A stretch of DNA of 64,000 nucleotides from a virus (IMGVR_UViG_3300031867_000009:32001-96000), one strand, 5' to 3'. Shown: positions 28,399-39,485, numbered from the stretch's first letter. Notes: generated by a model from the letters alone, not told the origin. Numbers and translations are program-made.

Positions 28399-31080
28399 AT
28401 GTCAACACCGATAACTAGTTACGGTACAATTACAATTGTTGATTTAACTGATGTTGGACAATATAGTGTATATCCTTATGCTAATTCGTCTAATACACAA
28501 ATTTATAGTCAAGAAAATTTATCTTATAGTCCAAACTGGACCGCGCAAACTCCATTAATTATTACTCCAGTAATTACATATGCTGGAGAAGATAAAACTA
28601 CAGAATCATTGGTTAAATGGTATGAAAAAGGTGCTGATAGTGATACATTGATATCTACTATTAATGCTGGAGTAGCAGATAAAAGACTAACAATTACCTC
28701 TAATTTAACTAATGTATCTTATAAAACATATATAGTTGTAGCTAATTATACTTCAAATACTGGAGCAAAAGTAGAAGCAAGAGGTGAGATTAGTTTTAAT
28801 AAACTAATTCAAACTTCTACTTCTAAAGGAGTACAAATTACTGGTACTAATGTATTTAAATATCAAACTGGTCAAGCTAGTCCAACTGAAACTTCTATAG
28901 TATTAACTCCAACTCCACAGGGTGAAGTAGGTTTTGCCACAAATGCTTGGGAATATTGGAATGGTACCGCTTGGATAGCTACAAGTGGAATTTCAGGTTT
29001 AACAGAGAATAGTACTACACATGCTTTAACTGTACAACACACTTCACCTGCATTTAATGGCGGAGATGTTGCTAAATTTAAAGTTACAGTCAATGCTTTA
29101 TATAATGCTGAAACTAGAAGTGATATTTTTACCATTACTAAATTACGTGATGGTGCCGCGGGTGGTTCTTTGGTACAAATGGACCTATCTAATGATGACC
29201 AAATGATTCCTTTAAATAGTGATGGTGAAGCACAATGGGCCTCTATTGGCAATTTAGCTGGTACTCAAATTACAGTATTTGAAGGTAATGTAAATAAAAC
29301 TGCTAATTTAGGTACTGGTAATAGTGTTAAGGTTTATTTGACTAATGTCAATGCTAAAACTATTAAAAATTTTGGACAATCTGGACAAACCGATTCAGGT
29401 GGAGCTTCTTTAACGCCTGCTAATACAGTTAGTGGCTATACAATGGATTTAGCTAATGGTTATGATGCTATATTAGTTACCAGTTTTACTCAAGATGGAA
29501 ACAATGAATATTATACCTCTGGTAGCGTACGTTTTGTATTAACTTATAATGGAGTTACTTATTCTAAAATTTTCTCATTAATTGGTATTGAAGCTGGTGA
29601 AGATGGTGAAACTCCAGTTGTATATGCATTAGAATTTTCAGATGCAGTTAAGCGTATTAACAATGCTGCACAAGGAGCTACAACTGATTCATGGGTTTAT
29701 TATCCTACAACGTTAACAGTAACTGCAAAAAGTAGTAATAGTACTAATACATATGCAGGAGCTATTTGGTATAAACGTAAAGGAGATTCTAGTTGGACAA
29801 GATTAACTACTAATGGCACCGCGAATATTACTGTAGCTAGTAGTTTAACAGTAGATAAATCACCAGTATTATTTAGATTAACAACTGCTACGGCGAGTAA
29901 TTGTAATGAGTATTTTGACCAAGAAAGTATTCTTATTACTTCAGATGGTTCAGTAGGTAAAGAAGGTGCTCAAGGTGATGAAGGTGTTAGTGCTTTAAAT
30001 GTAGTGTTAACTAATGAAAACCAATCTATTAGAGTAACATCTGATTATAAAACAATTGCTCAGACTCTTACAACTAAATATCAAGGATATATAGGTACGG
30101 AAGCAACAACTTTTACTTATGCTGGAGCAACTTATGATCAAAATGTACCAAGTGGATTATTTGGAACAATTGGCGTAAATCAAGGTGTTATATCTATTCC
30201 TATTAATGAAAAAGTAAATATAGCTAGTTATTTAGATGGTTCTATTACTTTTGGATTTACTTATACAGATCCAGATGATAGTAGTTCTACAACCACTTTA
30301 TATAAAAAATTTACTTTTGATATGAATCCACGAGGTGAAAATGCAATTACTTTGCAATTAATTCCTTCTGGAGCAACATATTTTAAAAATGGTTCTGGCA
30401 GCGTAACAATTACTCCAAAATTAAATAATGGAAGTGATATTTCTTCTTCTAATTATAATGTATTGTGGAAAAATGCAATTACAGATGCTTCTTTAGGAAC
30501 AGGTTCTACTTTAACGGTTAGTGGGTCTAATGTTGATGGTGTATTATCTGTTTTATGTAGAGTTGAATATCCAAAGAATAGTAATAAGTATTATACGCAA
30601 TATATTTCCTTTACTGATTATGATGACCCATTACAGGTACAGTTAATTTGTACTCTTGGAGAAACAATTGTTAATAGTATTGGTGAAGGAGTTATCTATG
30701 CACTAACTACACAAGCAGGTAATAGCCAAGCTTTAGACTATGTAATGCCTGGTATTGCAGTTGATGATACATTAACTGGCCACACTGAACCACAACTGTT
30801 CTTGTTAACTAAGAGTCAAGGTGCAGTTACTGGTATTACTTTAAAAAATAAATCGGGCACTACTGCTGGTACTTATACAAACGCTGACTTAAGTACTTTA
30901 AGTTATAGTTGGAGTTTTAGGGATATTGAAGGAGAACCGATTGATATTGCAGATTTAAAAGATTTAGGCATGTATATTTCATCTGGTGCTAGCGGTTCAG
31001 ACAATGGACAGTTTGTATATATAAATGCTAATGTAATAAAGAAAAAATTAATGTGTTACGTAGCTGTAACAAAAAGTTAA
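28399..31080 (+). CDS. tail-associated protein with Ig-like repeats
   Basis: YGTITIVDLTD N-terminus, repeated DG..G...LSN/LTNE junctions. Confidence 0.65.
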   Translation: MSTPITSYGTITIVDLTDVGQYSVYPYANSSNTQIYSQENLSYSPNWTAQTPLIITPVITYAGEDKTTESLVKWYEKGADSDTLISTINAGVADKRLTITSNLTNVSYKTYIVVANYTSNTGAKVEARGEISFNKLIQTSTSKGVQITGTNVFKYQTGQASPTETSIVLTPTPQGEVGFATNAWEYWNGTAWIATSGISGLTENSTTHALTVQHTSPAFNGGDVAKFKVTVNALYNAETRSDIFTITKLRDGAAGGSLVQMDLSNDDQMIPLNSDGEAQWASIGNLAGTQITVFEGNVNKTANLGTGNSVKVYLTNVNAKTIKNFGQSGQTDSGGASLTPANTVSGYTMDLANGYDAILVTSFTQDGNNEYYTSGSVRFVLTYNGVTYSKIFSLIGIEAGEDGETPVVYALEFSDAVKRINNAAQGATTDSWVYYPTTLTVTAKSSNSTNTYAGAIWYKRKGDSSWTRLTTNGTANITVASSLTVDKSPVLFRLTTATASNCNEYFDQESILITSDGSVGKEGAQGDEGVSALNVVLTNENQSIRVTSDYKTIAQTLTTKYQGYIGTEATTFTYAGATYDQNVPSGLFGTIGVNQGVISIPINEKVNIASYLDGSITFGFTYTDPDDSSSTTTLYKKFTFDMNPRGENAITLQLIPSGATYFKNGSGSVTITPKLNNGSDISSSNYNVLWKNAITDASLGTGSTLTVSGSNVDGVLSVLCRVEYPKNSNKYYTQYISFTDYDDPLQVQLICTLGETIVNSIGEGVIYALTTQAGNSQALDYVMPGIAVDDTLTGHTEPQLFLLTKSQGAVTGITLKNKSGTTAGTYTNADLSTLSYSWSFRDIEGEPIDIADLKDLGMYISSGASGSDNGQFVYINANVIKKKLMCYVAVTKS

Positions 31081-31094
31081 TTAAAATAAAATAT

Positions 31095-31155
31095 GTACAC
31101 TGCGCGGGGCTGCATATGTCGAAACACATGAGGTATGCGGTCGCCGCGAGTGTGC
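31095..31155 (+). repeat. GC-rich intergenic hairpin
   Basis: gtacact-gcgcgg-ggctgcata ... tatgcggtc-gccgcg-agtgtgc imperfect inverted repeat. Confidence 0.65.
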
Positions 31156-31182
31156 GGATTAAAATATAGGAGGGATTGTTCG

Positions 31183-32985
31183 ATGAGCCTACAAGTATGG
31201 CTACCTCTTACGAATGGAACATTAAAACAACAAGGGTTAAAAAATATATCAGCTACTATTGGAGGAACAGTAGGATTAACTGATGTGGGTAAATTGGGAA
31301 AATGTGCAACTATTGGTACTGCTGCGGGTGGAATTACTTTACCAGCATCTGCAATGACCTCTTTTACTGAATGTTCAGTTGCTTTTTGGATTAATATAAC
31401 TTCTTGGAATACTGATTGGGACACAATCTTTCAGGCGGGATTAGGTTCTACCCCATGGAATAACTATATTTTTGGGATATTAAGAAACCAAGGTAATTAT
31501 TTATGTTTTACCGTGTCTAATGGTTCTAGTACTTCTAGTGGTAGTTATGCTAGTTCTAATTTAACGGTTGGACAATGGATGCATTTGACTTTTACTTATG
31601 GGAATGGTAAATGTAAAATTTACATAAATGGAGTATTGGATAAAGAATATTCAACTTCAATAACTCCAAATTTTGCTGGTATTACCCATATTGCCATTGG
31701 ACGGAGTACAAATGGTTCTAACTATCAATGTAAGTGTAAGTTAAATGATTTTAGAATATATGACCATTGCCTTTCTCCAATGGAAGTTAAAGAACTTGCA
31801 AAAGGACTTGTATTGCATTATCCTTTAAATAGACAAGGCTGGGGACAGGAGAACCAACTTAAAAATAGTAATTTCTTTAATGGAACTAATTCTTGGTATA
31901 GTGTTAATTCTTCGTCTATTCGGGTCGAAACTAAAGATGGATACACATGCGGCACTGGAACAAAAGGGACTTCTGCTAATATAATAGGACAAACCAGTGC
32001 TGCATATACTGGTGGTATAGCTGTTGACATTACAGTTTCAGCAAAAGTATATGTAACAGAAACAGGTACTTTTGGTGTTGGTCATTGGATTAGTACAACC
32101 CAAGTGAGTGGTTGGCAAAGTATGTCTGGTAGTAGAGTTTGGAATACTACCAATAATTTATCTGTTGGGTGGAATTATATTAGTACAACACTTAAAAATG
32201 CTACAAATCAATATACTGGTTCAATTGTTACTGCTTTTTCTTATAGTGGAACAACTTTTTGGATTACAGATGTAAAATTAGAATATGGTTCAATTGCAAC
32301 TCCATGGTGTCCAAATTCATCTGATACATTAGCCACAACAATGGGCCTCAATTCTACAACCGAATATGATTGTTCAGGTTTTTGTAATAATGGAAGTAAA
32401 ATGACTGATACTATTACTTATACTTCTGATACTGCAAAATATGCTGTTTCAACTCATTTTAATGGTACATATGATGGTATTATAATTGAAAATTTAGCAT
32501 TAAAAGATATGATTAATTCTGCAATAACATATGCATTTTGGATTAAGCCAGAAAGCGAGTCTGGAGTACGGTCTATTTATTTTGGAAGTTATTCAGGTAT
32601 TTCATGGTCAGTTGAAAAAACCGCGGGTAATCAGTTGCGTTTATATTGGAATGGTTCACCTGATGAAACTTGTTCAGGCGCGATAATTACTGATGGGGTA
32701 TGGCAACACATATGTATTACAAAGAATGGAACAAATGATGTAAAAGTATATATTAATGGAATACAGAAGTGGACATCTACAGCTACACATAGTAGTTTAA
32801 ATTTTCCAACAACATATAGAATAGGACGAGACACACGTAATAATGATGGTACTCCATATAAAGGATTAATGTCCGACTTCCGCATCTATGCAACCGCCCT
32901 ATCCGCCGATGACGTCAAATCCCTCTATCAAAACTGCGCGACCATTGATCCAGATGGAACAATTCGCGGACAAATTCGAAGTTAA
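31183..32985 (+). CDS. LamG/concanavalin A-like lectin domain protein (putative receptor binding)
   Basis: two LamG domains (SVAFWI..W.HL..YINGV..NDFRIYD; AFWIK..WQHI..SDFRIYATALS) flanking a CBM-like region. Confidence 0.8.
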   Translation: MSLQVWLPLTNGTLKQQGLKNISATIGGTVGLTDVGKLGKCATIGTAAGGITLPASAMTSFTECSVAFWINITSWNTDWDTIFQAGLGSTPWNNYIFGILRNQGNYLCFTVSNGSSTSSGSYASSNLTVGQWMHLTFTYGNGKCKIYINGVLDKEYSTSITPNFAGITHIAIGRSTNGSNYQCKCKLNDFRIYDHCLSPMEVKELAKGLVLHYPLNRQGWGQENQLKNSNFFNGTNSWYSVNSSSIRVETKDGYTCGTGTKGTSANIIGQTSAAYTGGIAVDITVSAKVYVTETGTFGVGHWISTTQVSGWQSMSGSRVWNTTNNLSVGWNYISTTLKNATNQYTGSIVTAFSYSGTTFWITDVKLEYGSIATPWCPNSSDTLATTMGLNSTTEYDCSGFCNNGSKMTDTITYTSDTAKYAVSTHFNGTYDGIIIENLALKDMINSAITYAFWIKPESESGVRSIYFGSYSGISWSVEKTAGNQLRLYWNGSPDETCSGAIITDGVWQHICITKNGTNDVKVYINGIQKWTSTATHSSLNFPTTYRIGRDTRNNDGTPYKGLMSDFRIYATALSADDVKSLYQNCATIDPDGTIRGQIRS

Positions 32986-33005
32986 TTAAAAAAGGAGATA
33001 AAGTA

Positions 33006-36000
33006 ATGGCACAAGTTTCATATGGTACTATTACTATTACAGATACAAATGACATAGAACGTATATATCCAGTATATTGTAGAGGTGGAGAATCAAGTGC
33101 TCCAGCCTTATTACCACTAACAAATTGGAAAGAAAACATTAGCGAAATTACAGTATCTGGTGATTATATATGGCAACGTATAGTTACTAAAAAAAGTGGT
33201 ATTAATGTTACCCAAAATGATTATGGTGATGCTGTTCGTTTAACTGGAGAAGAAGGTGATGCTGCATTAAATATAAGTGCAGTAGAAATTCAATACGGTA
33301 GTAGTGCAAATTGGTCTACAACCCCGAGTAATTGGGAAAATAACACTCCAGCTTATGATAGTACAAAACCATATTATTGGACAAGAACTCGTTTAAAATA
33401 TGAAAATAATACATATTCTTCTTGGGTTACAAATAAAGACTATGCATTAACTGATGCTATCACTAAGTCAGTAGAAGCAAATAATAATGCCGCAATGGCA
33501 AATTCAATTGCTCAACATGCTAATGAAGATGCACAAGGTGCAATGTCTCAAGCAGCTGATGCGCAGTATCAAACAGGCCTATTGGCTGCGCGAGTAAAAA
33601 ATTATTGGTGGGATTCAAATGGTGCGCATATAGCTAGTGGAATTGTACGTAGCGGACAAACTGAAGCAGATGACGTTGATGAAAATAATTCAAATACTTA
33701 TGGATATAATTCTTTAGTTGGTTTAGGCAGTTTAACATTTGGTTATAACAGCTATAAAGCAGTAGAGTTAGAAGGGGGAACTCCGTCACTAAAATTTTAT
33801 GTACCGAGCAAAACTACACAAACTACCAATCCATCAATGGTTTTAACCTCTTCAGCTTTAACTTTTAATAAGATTGGAACCGCAAATAAAGCAGTTGAGT
33901 TGACTAATAATGCTTTAAATTTTTATGGTTCTTCTACCTCAACTGCAGATGCTATTCTTAGCTCTACAGGTTTAAAATTAGCAAAAGGTGGACTTGAAGC
34001 TGGTACTAAAAATACTACTGACTATATATATATTTGGAGTAATGATGATGCTACAAATCATAAATTAACTATTAATAATCATGAGGCTTCTAATTGGAGA
34101 ATAGTTGCAGGAAATAAATTTGGAGTCGATAAGGCTGGTAATTTATATGCATCTAATGCAGAAATTAGTGGAAAAATTACTGCAACTTCTTTAACTATTG
34201 GTAGTGGCGCTACTGTTAGTGGATTAAGCACTTCAAACATTAGTGGAATGAATAATTATGCTTTACAAAGTAGTTTAGATACTGAAGTGGCTCAACGTAA
34301 AGCGGTATATGCTGTTTCTACAACAGGAGCTACTATAGCTGCGAAAACAACCGAATCTGGTACGCCTTCTGAATTTGTTTTATATAATGGTGCTACAGTA
34401 ACAATTAAATTTAATAGCGCTAATTCAACTACAACTCCAACACTGAATGTAAATGGTACTGGTGCAAAAACCATCAAATCATATACTGGAGCCGCGTTAA
34501 CAGCAGCTGAATATACATGGCCAGCCGGAGCAGCAATTACATTTACTTATGATGGTTCTTATTGGCGTATGCAAGATGGTGGAGCCTTACAAGCTAAAGC
34601 TGATGCCGCTGCGAGCGCGTCAGCTGCATCAACTCAAGCATCTGCTGCTTCTACTTCAGCAACAAATGCTAGTAATGCAAAAACTGCGGCAGAATCTGCG
34701 AAAACAGCTGCCCAGACTGCACAAGGTGCAGCAGAATCAGCCAAGACAGCAGCTCAAACAGCTCAAAGTGCTGCAGAAACTGCGAGTGGACAAGCCACTA
34801 CTGCAAAGAATGATGCAGTTAGTGCAAAAACAGCAGCTCAAGCCGCCCAAACCGCGGCAGAAACCGCAAAAGGACAAGCGCAAACTGCGGCTTCGAACGC
34901 TTCTCAATCAGAAACTAATGCAGCAGCTAGTGCAACTGCAGCGGCAGAGGTAATGGGTGGTTTCACTATTTTATGGAATTATTCAGCTTTTGGGGGGACC
35001 TCTACCGCAGGAGACGCTTTTATTTGTGGTTTTGACCCTGCAACAGGCACTAAATCAGATGCAAATGGTTGGGTAAAATGGAATGGTACAAAACGTACAA
35101 TTACTAAACAACAAGTAAATCCAGGAACTATAGTACCATATAATATTCCTATATATATAGTATGCAGATTAAGTAGTGCCACAGGTACTACTGGTACTAA
35201 TTATATGGTATGGTATAATGCTGGTTGGAAATATGCAGCTTGCCCTAGTCCTACAGCAGTTGGTGGTTCTTGGACTTGGACTGATAATAGAGACATTATT
35301 TTAGGAAGTTTTGTGGAAACGGGAGCAAATGAAGTATTAACCGAATGTGAATTATTTAATCCACCATGGACTTCTAAACAAATAACAACAAATACTACAA
35401 CACCAACTTCATATATTATGGATACTAATGCCAATAAAGGTATTCGGATTAAACCAAAAGATTCATCTGGCAATGATTTTTTACAAATGAATTCAGATGC
35501 TATTGAGTTTTTTAAAAATAGTACTTCTAATTCAGTAATGTGTTTAACTAATAATAGTTTTAGAATGGGTTTAGAGGATAGTAATCATACAACAATTAAT
35601 AGTAGCGGTTTGCATCTTTGGAAAGGTCTAGAATCTGAACCAACAAACGAAATCGCGTTATTTGGTTCATCTATTGTATTATATCAGCCAGGCACTAGTA
35701 CAGCAGCAGTATCTATTACAAATAGTGGAGCTACTTTTACTGGAGGTATAGTAGCAAATTCACTTACTATTAATGATAACGGTTCTTCTTATAATGCTTG
35801 GGATGCCATTAATATTACTGGTTATTCTTTGGATATAGAGGTTGATGCAACTGGAGTTCCAACCTCAAATATATATAATAACACTTATCTTTATCCACAC
35901 CTTTATCATAATGGCACAGAAATAACTTTACCATCTAGTGCAACTACTACACAAAAGCAAGAATTTTATAATAAATTTTTATGGTATGAAGGAGATAGTA

Positions 36001-36308
36001 GTACTGCGGTTCAAGGTGATCATTTAAATAAAGGTAGAATTTTAGCTAGTTATGGTGATTATTGGAAGGTCACCTATTCATTTAATGATGGCGCGACAGA
36101 AGGAGCCGAACCAATACAACAAGTAATTGTTGATCCTTCTACATATATCACTAGAATTAATGATAATACAATAAAAGTACATTCTAAAAATTGGGATGAA
36201 AATACTGGATTTGTACAAATAAATAATCAAGGTAATATTATTGCAACAGGCCAAGTATATCAAGAAAATAATATGCCATTGACAACCGTACAATTAGTAA
36301 AATGGTAG
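33006..36308 (+). CDS. tail fibre protein
   Basis: YGTITITD N-terminus, YYWTRT motif, Ala-rich AKTAA coiled repeats, PTLNVNGTGAK..YDGSYW module. Confidence 0.75.
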   Translation: MAQVSYGTITITDTNDIERIYPVYCRGGESSAPALLPLTNWKENISEITVSGDYIWQRIVTKKSGINVTQNDYGDAVRLTGEEGDAALNISAVEIQYGSSANWSTTPSNWENNTPAYDSTKPYYWTRTRLKYENNTYSSWVTNKDYALTDAITKSVEANNNAAMANSIAQHANEDAQGAMSQAADAQYQTGLLAARVKNYWWDSNGAHIASGIVRSGQTEADDVDENNSNTYGYNSLVGLGSLTFGYNSYKAVELEGGTPSLKFYVPSKTTQTTNPSMVLTSSALTFNKIGTANKAVELTNNALNFYGSSTSTADAILSSTGLKLAKGGLEAGTKNTTDYIYIWSNDDATNHKLTINNHEASNWRIVAGNKFGVDKAGNLYASNAEISGKITATSLTIGSGATVSGLSTSNISGMNNYALQSSLDTEVAQRKAVYAVSTTGATIAAKTTESGTPSEFVLYNGATVTIKFNSANSTTTPTLNVNGTGAKTIKSYTGAALTAAEYTWPAGAAITFTYDGSYWRMQDGGALQAKADAAASASAASTQASAASTSATNASNAKTAAESAKTAAQTAQGAAESAKTAAQTAQSAAETASGQATTAKNDAVSAKTAAQAAQTAAETAKGQAQTAASNASQSETNAAASATAAAEVMGGFTILWNYSAFGGTSTAGDAFICGFDPATGTKSDANGWVKWNGTKRTITKQQVNPGTIVPYNIPIYIVCRLSSATGTTGTNYMVWYNAGWKYAACPSPTAVGGSWTWTDNRDIILGSFVETGANEVLTECELFNPPWTSKQITTNTTTPTSYIMDTNANKGIRIKPKDSSGNDFLQMNSDAIEFFKNSTSNSVMCLTNNSFRMGLEDSNHTTINSSGLHLWKGLESEPTNEIALFGSSIVLYQPGTSTAAVSITNSGATFTGGIVANSLTINDNGSSYNAWDAINITGYSLDIEVDATGVPTSNIYNNTYLYPHLYHNGTEITLPSSATTTQKQEFYNKFLWYEGDSSTAVQGDHLNKGRILASYGDYWKVTYSFNDGATEGAEPIQQVIVDPSTYITRINDNTIKVHSKNWDENTGFVQINNQGNIIATGQVYQENNMPLTTVQLVKW

Positions 36309-36320
36309 ATGGAGGAAATT

Positions 36321-37388
36321 ATGGGTAATCGTATAATAAGTAGAACCATTGATTTAACAAATCGAAACCCTGATATTACTAATAAATATATTACAGAAAT
36401 TACTAATGAAGGAATTAGGATACATCCAAATAGTGGAAATCATTATATACAATTAAATAGTGATGGATTATATATAGTTAAAAATGGTAGCTCTCTTGCA
36501 CAGTATGGAGATATTACTAGAATTGGTAAAGAAAATGATAGCCATATCATTTTAAATACAAATGGAATAGAAATTTTTAAAGATGGAAATGCTCCAATTA
36601 ATTCAATTGCACAATATGGAGAAACTACTCGTATTGGAAAAGAAGCTGAGGGGCATGTTAAAGTGACCTCCGATGGAATAGAACTTTGGGGTCAAATGCT
36701 AGGCGAAACAGATCATACGTTTATATATTCAGAAGGCATTTCAGTAGGCGTTAATGCTGACCAAGGAAGTGTTGGTTTACCTGGAGGATATATAGAAGGA
36801 TATTACAATGAGCTCAGCGAAGATGTGACCGAAAATGGCTTAAGAATTGAAGCCCACACGCTACCTGGACAGGAAGAGTCTTCAACGCAGGCTATCGTTA
36901 GAATTAGTGCATGTGGGGCTGATACAGCCGCGGTGATTAATGCATTTATTGACGACAGTATAGATAATGGTGATGGTACTGTTGGGGTTTCTTCAATTTC
37001 ACTTGAGGCAGAATCAATTAGCTTAGAAGGACAGGTACAATGTCAAGAAATAAGTTCTTTAGATGGTACTTATAAAGAAATTTTACTTGGCAATTATTCT
37101 AGTAGAGCACAAGAAGTAAATTATGCATTAACCGCATCAAGTGCAGATAACTTATGGCTTACTGCAGCTTTAACAGCAATTTGTGAAGATTATCCAAATT
37201 ATGATCATACTATTTTTAAAGGTCGGTTAGCCCCAAATTCACAGGGATATTTTGAAATTTATATTTATGATACTGATAATACAAGTAACGGCTTACCACA
37301 ATATTCGTATGGAACTTGGAATAAATGGCAAGGAACTTTTTGGATTATCTCAACTAATAATTATTCTTTTGCTTATACAGCCAAATAA
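36321..37388 (+). CDS. tail fibre/spike-like protein
   Basis: AQYG..TRIGKE repeats; start set by GGAGG SD. Confidence 0.6.
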   Translation: MGNRIISRTIDLTNRNPDITNKYITEITNEGIRIHPNSGNHYIQLNSDGLYIVKNGSSLAQYGDITRIGKENDSHIILNTNGIEIFKDGNAPINSIAQYGETTRIGKEAEGHVKVTSDGIELWGQMLGETDHTFIYSEGISVGVNADQGSVGLPGGYIEGYYNELSEDVTENGLRIEAHTLPGQEESSTQAIVRISACGADTAAVINAFIDDSIDNGDGTVGVSSISLEAESISLEGQVQCQEISSLDGTYKEILLGNYSSRAQEVNYALTASSADNLWLTAALTAICEDYPNYDHTIFKGRLAPNSQGYFEIYIYDTDNTSNGLPQYSYGTWNKWQGTFWIISTNNYSFAYTAK

Positions 37389-37403
37389 TTGGAGGAAAAA
37401 TAA

Positions 37404-37540
37404 ATGGGAACGCGTACAGTTAGTCAAACAATAAATTTATCTGTTAATGGTAAACTAACAATTGCAAGTACACTTACTCAAAATTCTGATCAACGATTAA
37501 AACTGCAATTCAAGATGCTATTGCAAAAATGAATAAGTAA
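37404..37540 (+). pseudogene. remnant of a fibre/peptidase-S74 chaperone gene
   Basis: GGAGG SD, MGTRTVSQ..TQNSDQRLK then frame switch to TAIQDAIAKMNK*. Confidence 0.5.
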
Positions 37541-37545
37541 TTTTT

Positions 37546-37572
37546 AAAGCGGGCATATAAGTGCCCGTTTTT
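37546..37572 (+). terminator. intrinsic terminator
   Basis: gcgggca-tataag-tgcccgt + T-run. Confidence 0.8.
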
Positions 37573-37587
37573 CATAATTATAAAAAT

Positions 37588-37616
37588 TTGACATATAATT
37601 AAATCTATGTTATACT
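37588..37616 (+). promoter_or_regulatory. sigmaA-type promoter
   Basis: aaatTTGACA-17-TATACT with extended TG. Confidence 0.8.
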
Positions 37617-37653
37617 ATAAATAGTAAAAAGTATATTAGAAAAGGAGATATAT

Positions 37654-38628
37654 ATGAAATTACAAATCTTAATTCCTCAATACGAAGAAACTGATGAAAT
37701 AGTTAAACCTTTACTTGATAGTATAGCACTTCAGCAAAATGTAGATTTTGATGAAATTGGGGTAATTATTGTTAATGATGGTAGTGAAGTAAAACTTTCT
37801 GAAGATTTTTTAAATTCTTATCCATATAAAATAGATTATTATCAAAACCCACACAAAGGAGTAAGCGCTACACGTCAAGCAGCGCTTGATAAAGCTAAGG
37901 CCGACTATGTAATGTTCTGTGATGCAGACGATATGTTTTATAATATGTGTGGCCTGTGGATTATATTCCGTGAAATTGATCAAGGAGTTTTCGACAGTCT
38001 TATATCTGTATTTGTTGAGGAAACCAGAAATCCAGCTAATAATCAACCAGAATATATTAACCGTGAAATGGATTCAACTTTTGTTCATGGTAAGGTTCAT
38101 AGGCGTAAATACTTACAAAAAAAGAAAATTAGATGGAATCCAGAACTAACAATTCATGAAGATAGTTTTTTCAATATACAGTGTATGAGTTTATCTCAAA
38201 ATGTTAAATATTGTCAAACTCCGTTTTACTTATGGAAGTGGCGCGATGATTCAGTTTGTCGCCATGACCCAAAATATATTCTTCGTACTTATCGCAATAT
38301 GATTGATTCCAATGATGCTTTAGTCCAAGAACTTCGTAAGAAAAATGCACCAGATAAAGCAGATTTTTATGTAGTATTTATGATATATGATGCATATTAT
38401 ACCATGAATAAGCCTGAATGGATTAATCAAGAAAATCAAGAATATCGAGATGCAACCGAGAAACATTTCAGTAAGTATTATAAAAAATATAAAAAAGTAT
38501 GGGCAACCTATCCTTCATCTGAGAAAATGCAAATATCACAAGGTATTCGCGGCCGCAGTGTAATGGAAGGTATGCAGATGGAAAATATGACTATTAATGA
38601 GTGGTTAGATGCTATAGAAAAGTTATAA
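37654..38628 (+). CDS. GT-A fold family 2 glycosyltransferase
   Basis: ILIPQY, IIVNDGS, GVSATRQ, FCDADD, HED motifs. Confidence 0.9.
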   Translation: MKLQILIPQYEETDEIVKPLLDSIALQQNVDFDEIGVIIVNDGSEVKLSEDFLNSYPYKIDYYQNPHKGVSATRQAALDKAKADYVMFCDADDMFYNMCGLWIIFREIDQGVFDSLISVFVEETRNPANNQPEYINREMDSTFVHGKVHRRKYLQKKKIRWNPELTIHEDSFFNIQCMSLSQNVKYCQTPFYLWKWRDDSVCRHDPKYILRTYRNMIDSNDALVQELRKKNAPDKADFYVVFMIYDAYYTMNKPEWINQENQEYRDATEKHFSKYYKKYKKVWATYPSSEKMQISQGIRGRSVMEGMQMENMTINEWLDAIEKL

Positions 38629-38718
38629 GTCAAATTCCTAGGTAAAATAAATGTAAATAAGGATATTATATCCTTAAAATAGTTAAATTTATATTATTTT
38701 ACTTATAGGAGAACAATT

Positions 38719-38961
38719 ATGGAAATTAAAACTTTTGAAGCAAGATATGAACTAATTGAATTTTGTCATTACATTGATATAAATCAAATCAATGTACTTG
38801 AATTATTAGTTAATACTGATGATGTAAGTTTTTTAGAGGAAGAATTATCTACTATTTTTGCAATTGAAACCGAAAAGCAAACATATGTATTTTCTGGATA
38901 TGAAGTCTCTGAATGTTATGAAGAAGATAATGGTTTAATTAAAGTAGTTTGTATCAAATGA
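38719..38961 (+). CDS. hypothetical protein
   Basis: 80-aa ORF with AGGAG SD. Confidence 0.65.
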   Translation: MEIKTFEARYELIEFCHYIDINQINVLELLVNTDDVSFLEEELSTIFAIETEKQTYVFSGYEVSECYEEDNGLIKVVCIK

Positions 38962-38979
38962 AAATTAATTTTCAACATG

Positions 38980-39006
38980 AAAGGACGGTGAAAATCCGTC
39001 CTTTTT
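38980..39006 (+). terminator. intrinsic terminator
   Basis: aaaggacgg-tgaaaat-ccgtccttttt. Confidence 0.85.
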
Positions 39007-39083
39007 GTTTATGGTTGAAAAAGGTATAGTATCTCATTGAATTTACGACTTATATAAGAGAAAATTTGAGTGAGGTAAAAAGA

Positions 39084-39485
39084 ATGATTATACGAGGAAC
39101 TACACCTTATCACAACTTCATACTTCCGATATTAGTCGAAAATATAGATGCAGTTTATGTGACTTACTTACAGAATAATGAAGTAATTTTAGATAAGTCA
39201 AATTTAAAAGACGAATTTGAAATTAATAATTTAATTGATTTAGAAAATGCAAATGTGGAAATTTTAACTCCAGAAGAGCAAGAATCAAGTCAATTAACAC
39301 TTCATTTATCTCAAGAAGATACACTTAAATTTCATTTTTATCCAGCGGCAAAGAAAAATATCGCAGTAATTCAAATACGCATATTAACCACAGATGGTGA
39401 AGCTTTTGCATCTATGCCGATTAATGAGCGTATTTTTGGTGTGTTACATGATGGAATAATTCCAGACGAGGAAGAAGATGAATAG
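39084..39485 (+). CDS. BppU-N-like structural protein
   Basis: MIIRGTTP..F, LSQEDTL.F, IQIR pattern. Confidence 0.55.
   Translation: MIIRGTTPYHNFILPILVENIDAVYVTYLQNNEVILDKSNLKDEFEINNLIDLENANVEILTPEEQESSQLTLHLSQEDTLKFHFYPAAKKNIAVIQIRILTTDGEAFASMPINERIFGVLHDGIIPDEEEDE

Noticed and set aside
34600-34950. Repeat array resembling a CRISPR or satellite
   Set aside because: Protein-level Ala/Thr coiled-coil repeats inside a tail fibre; no constant repeat-spacer structure
33006-37388. Stop-codon recoding (TAG read-through), suggested by theta-type ribozymes and in-frame TAG-ATG junctions at 36308 and 56234
   Set aside because: Long genes are uninterrupted in code 11, TAG ends many genes with SD-led successors, 36321 has its own GGAGG, and no suppressor tRNA is present
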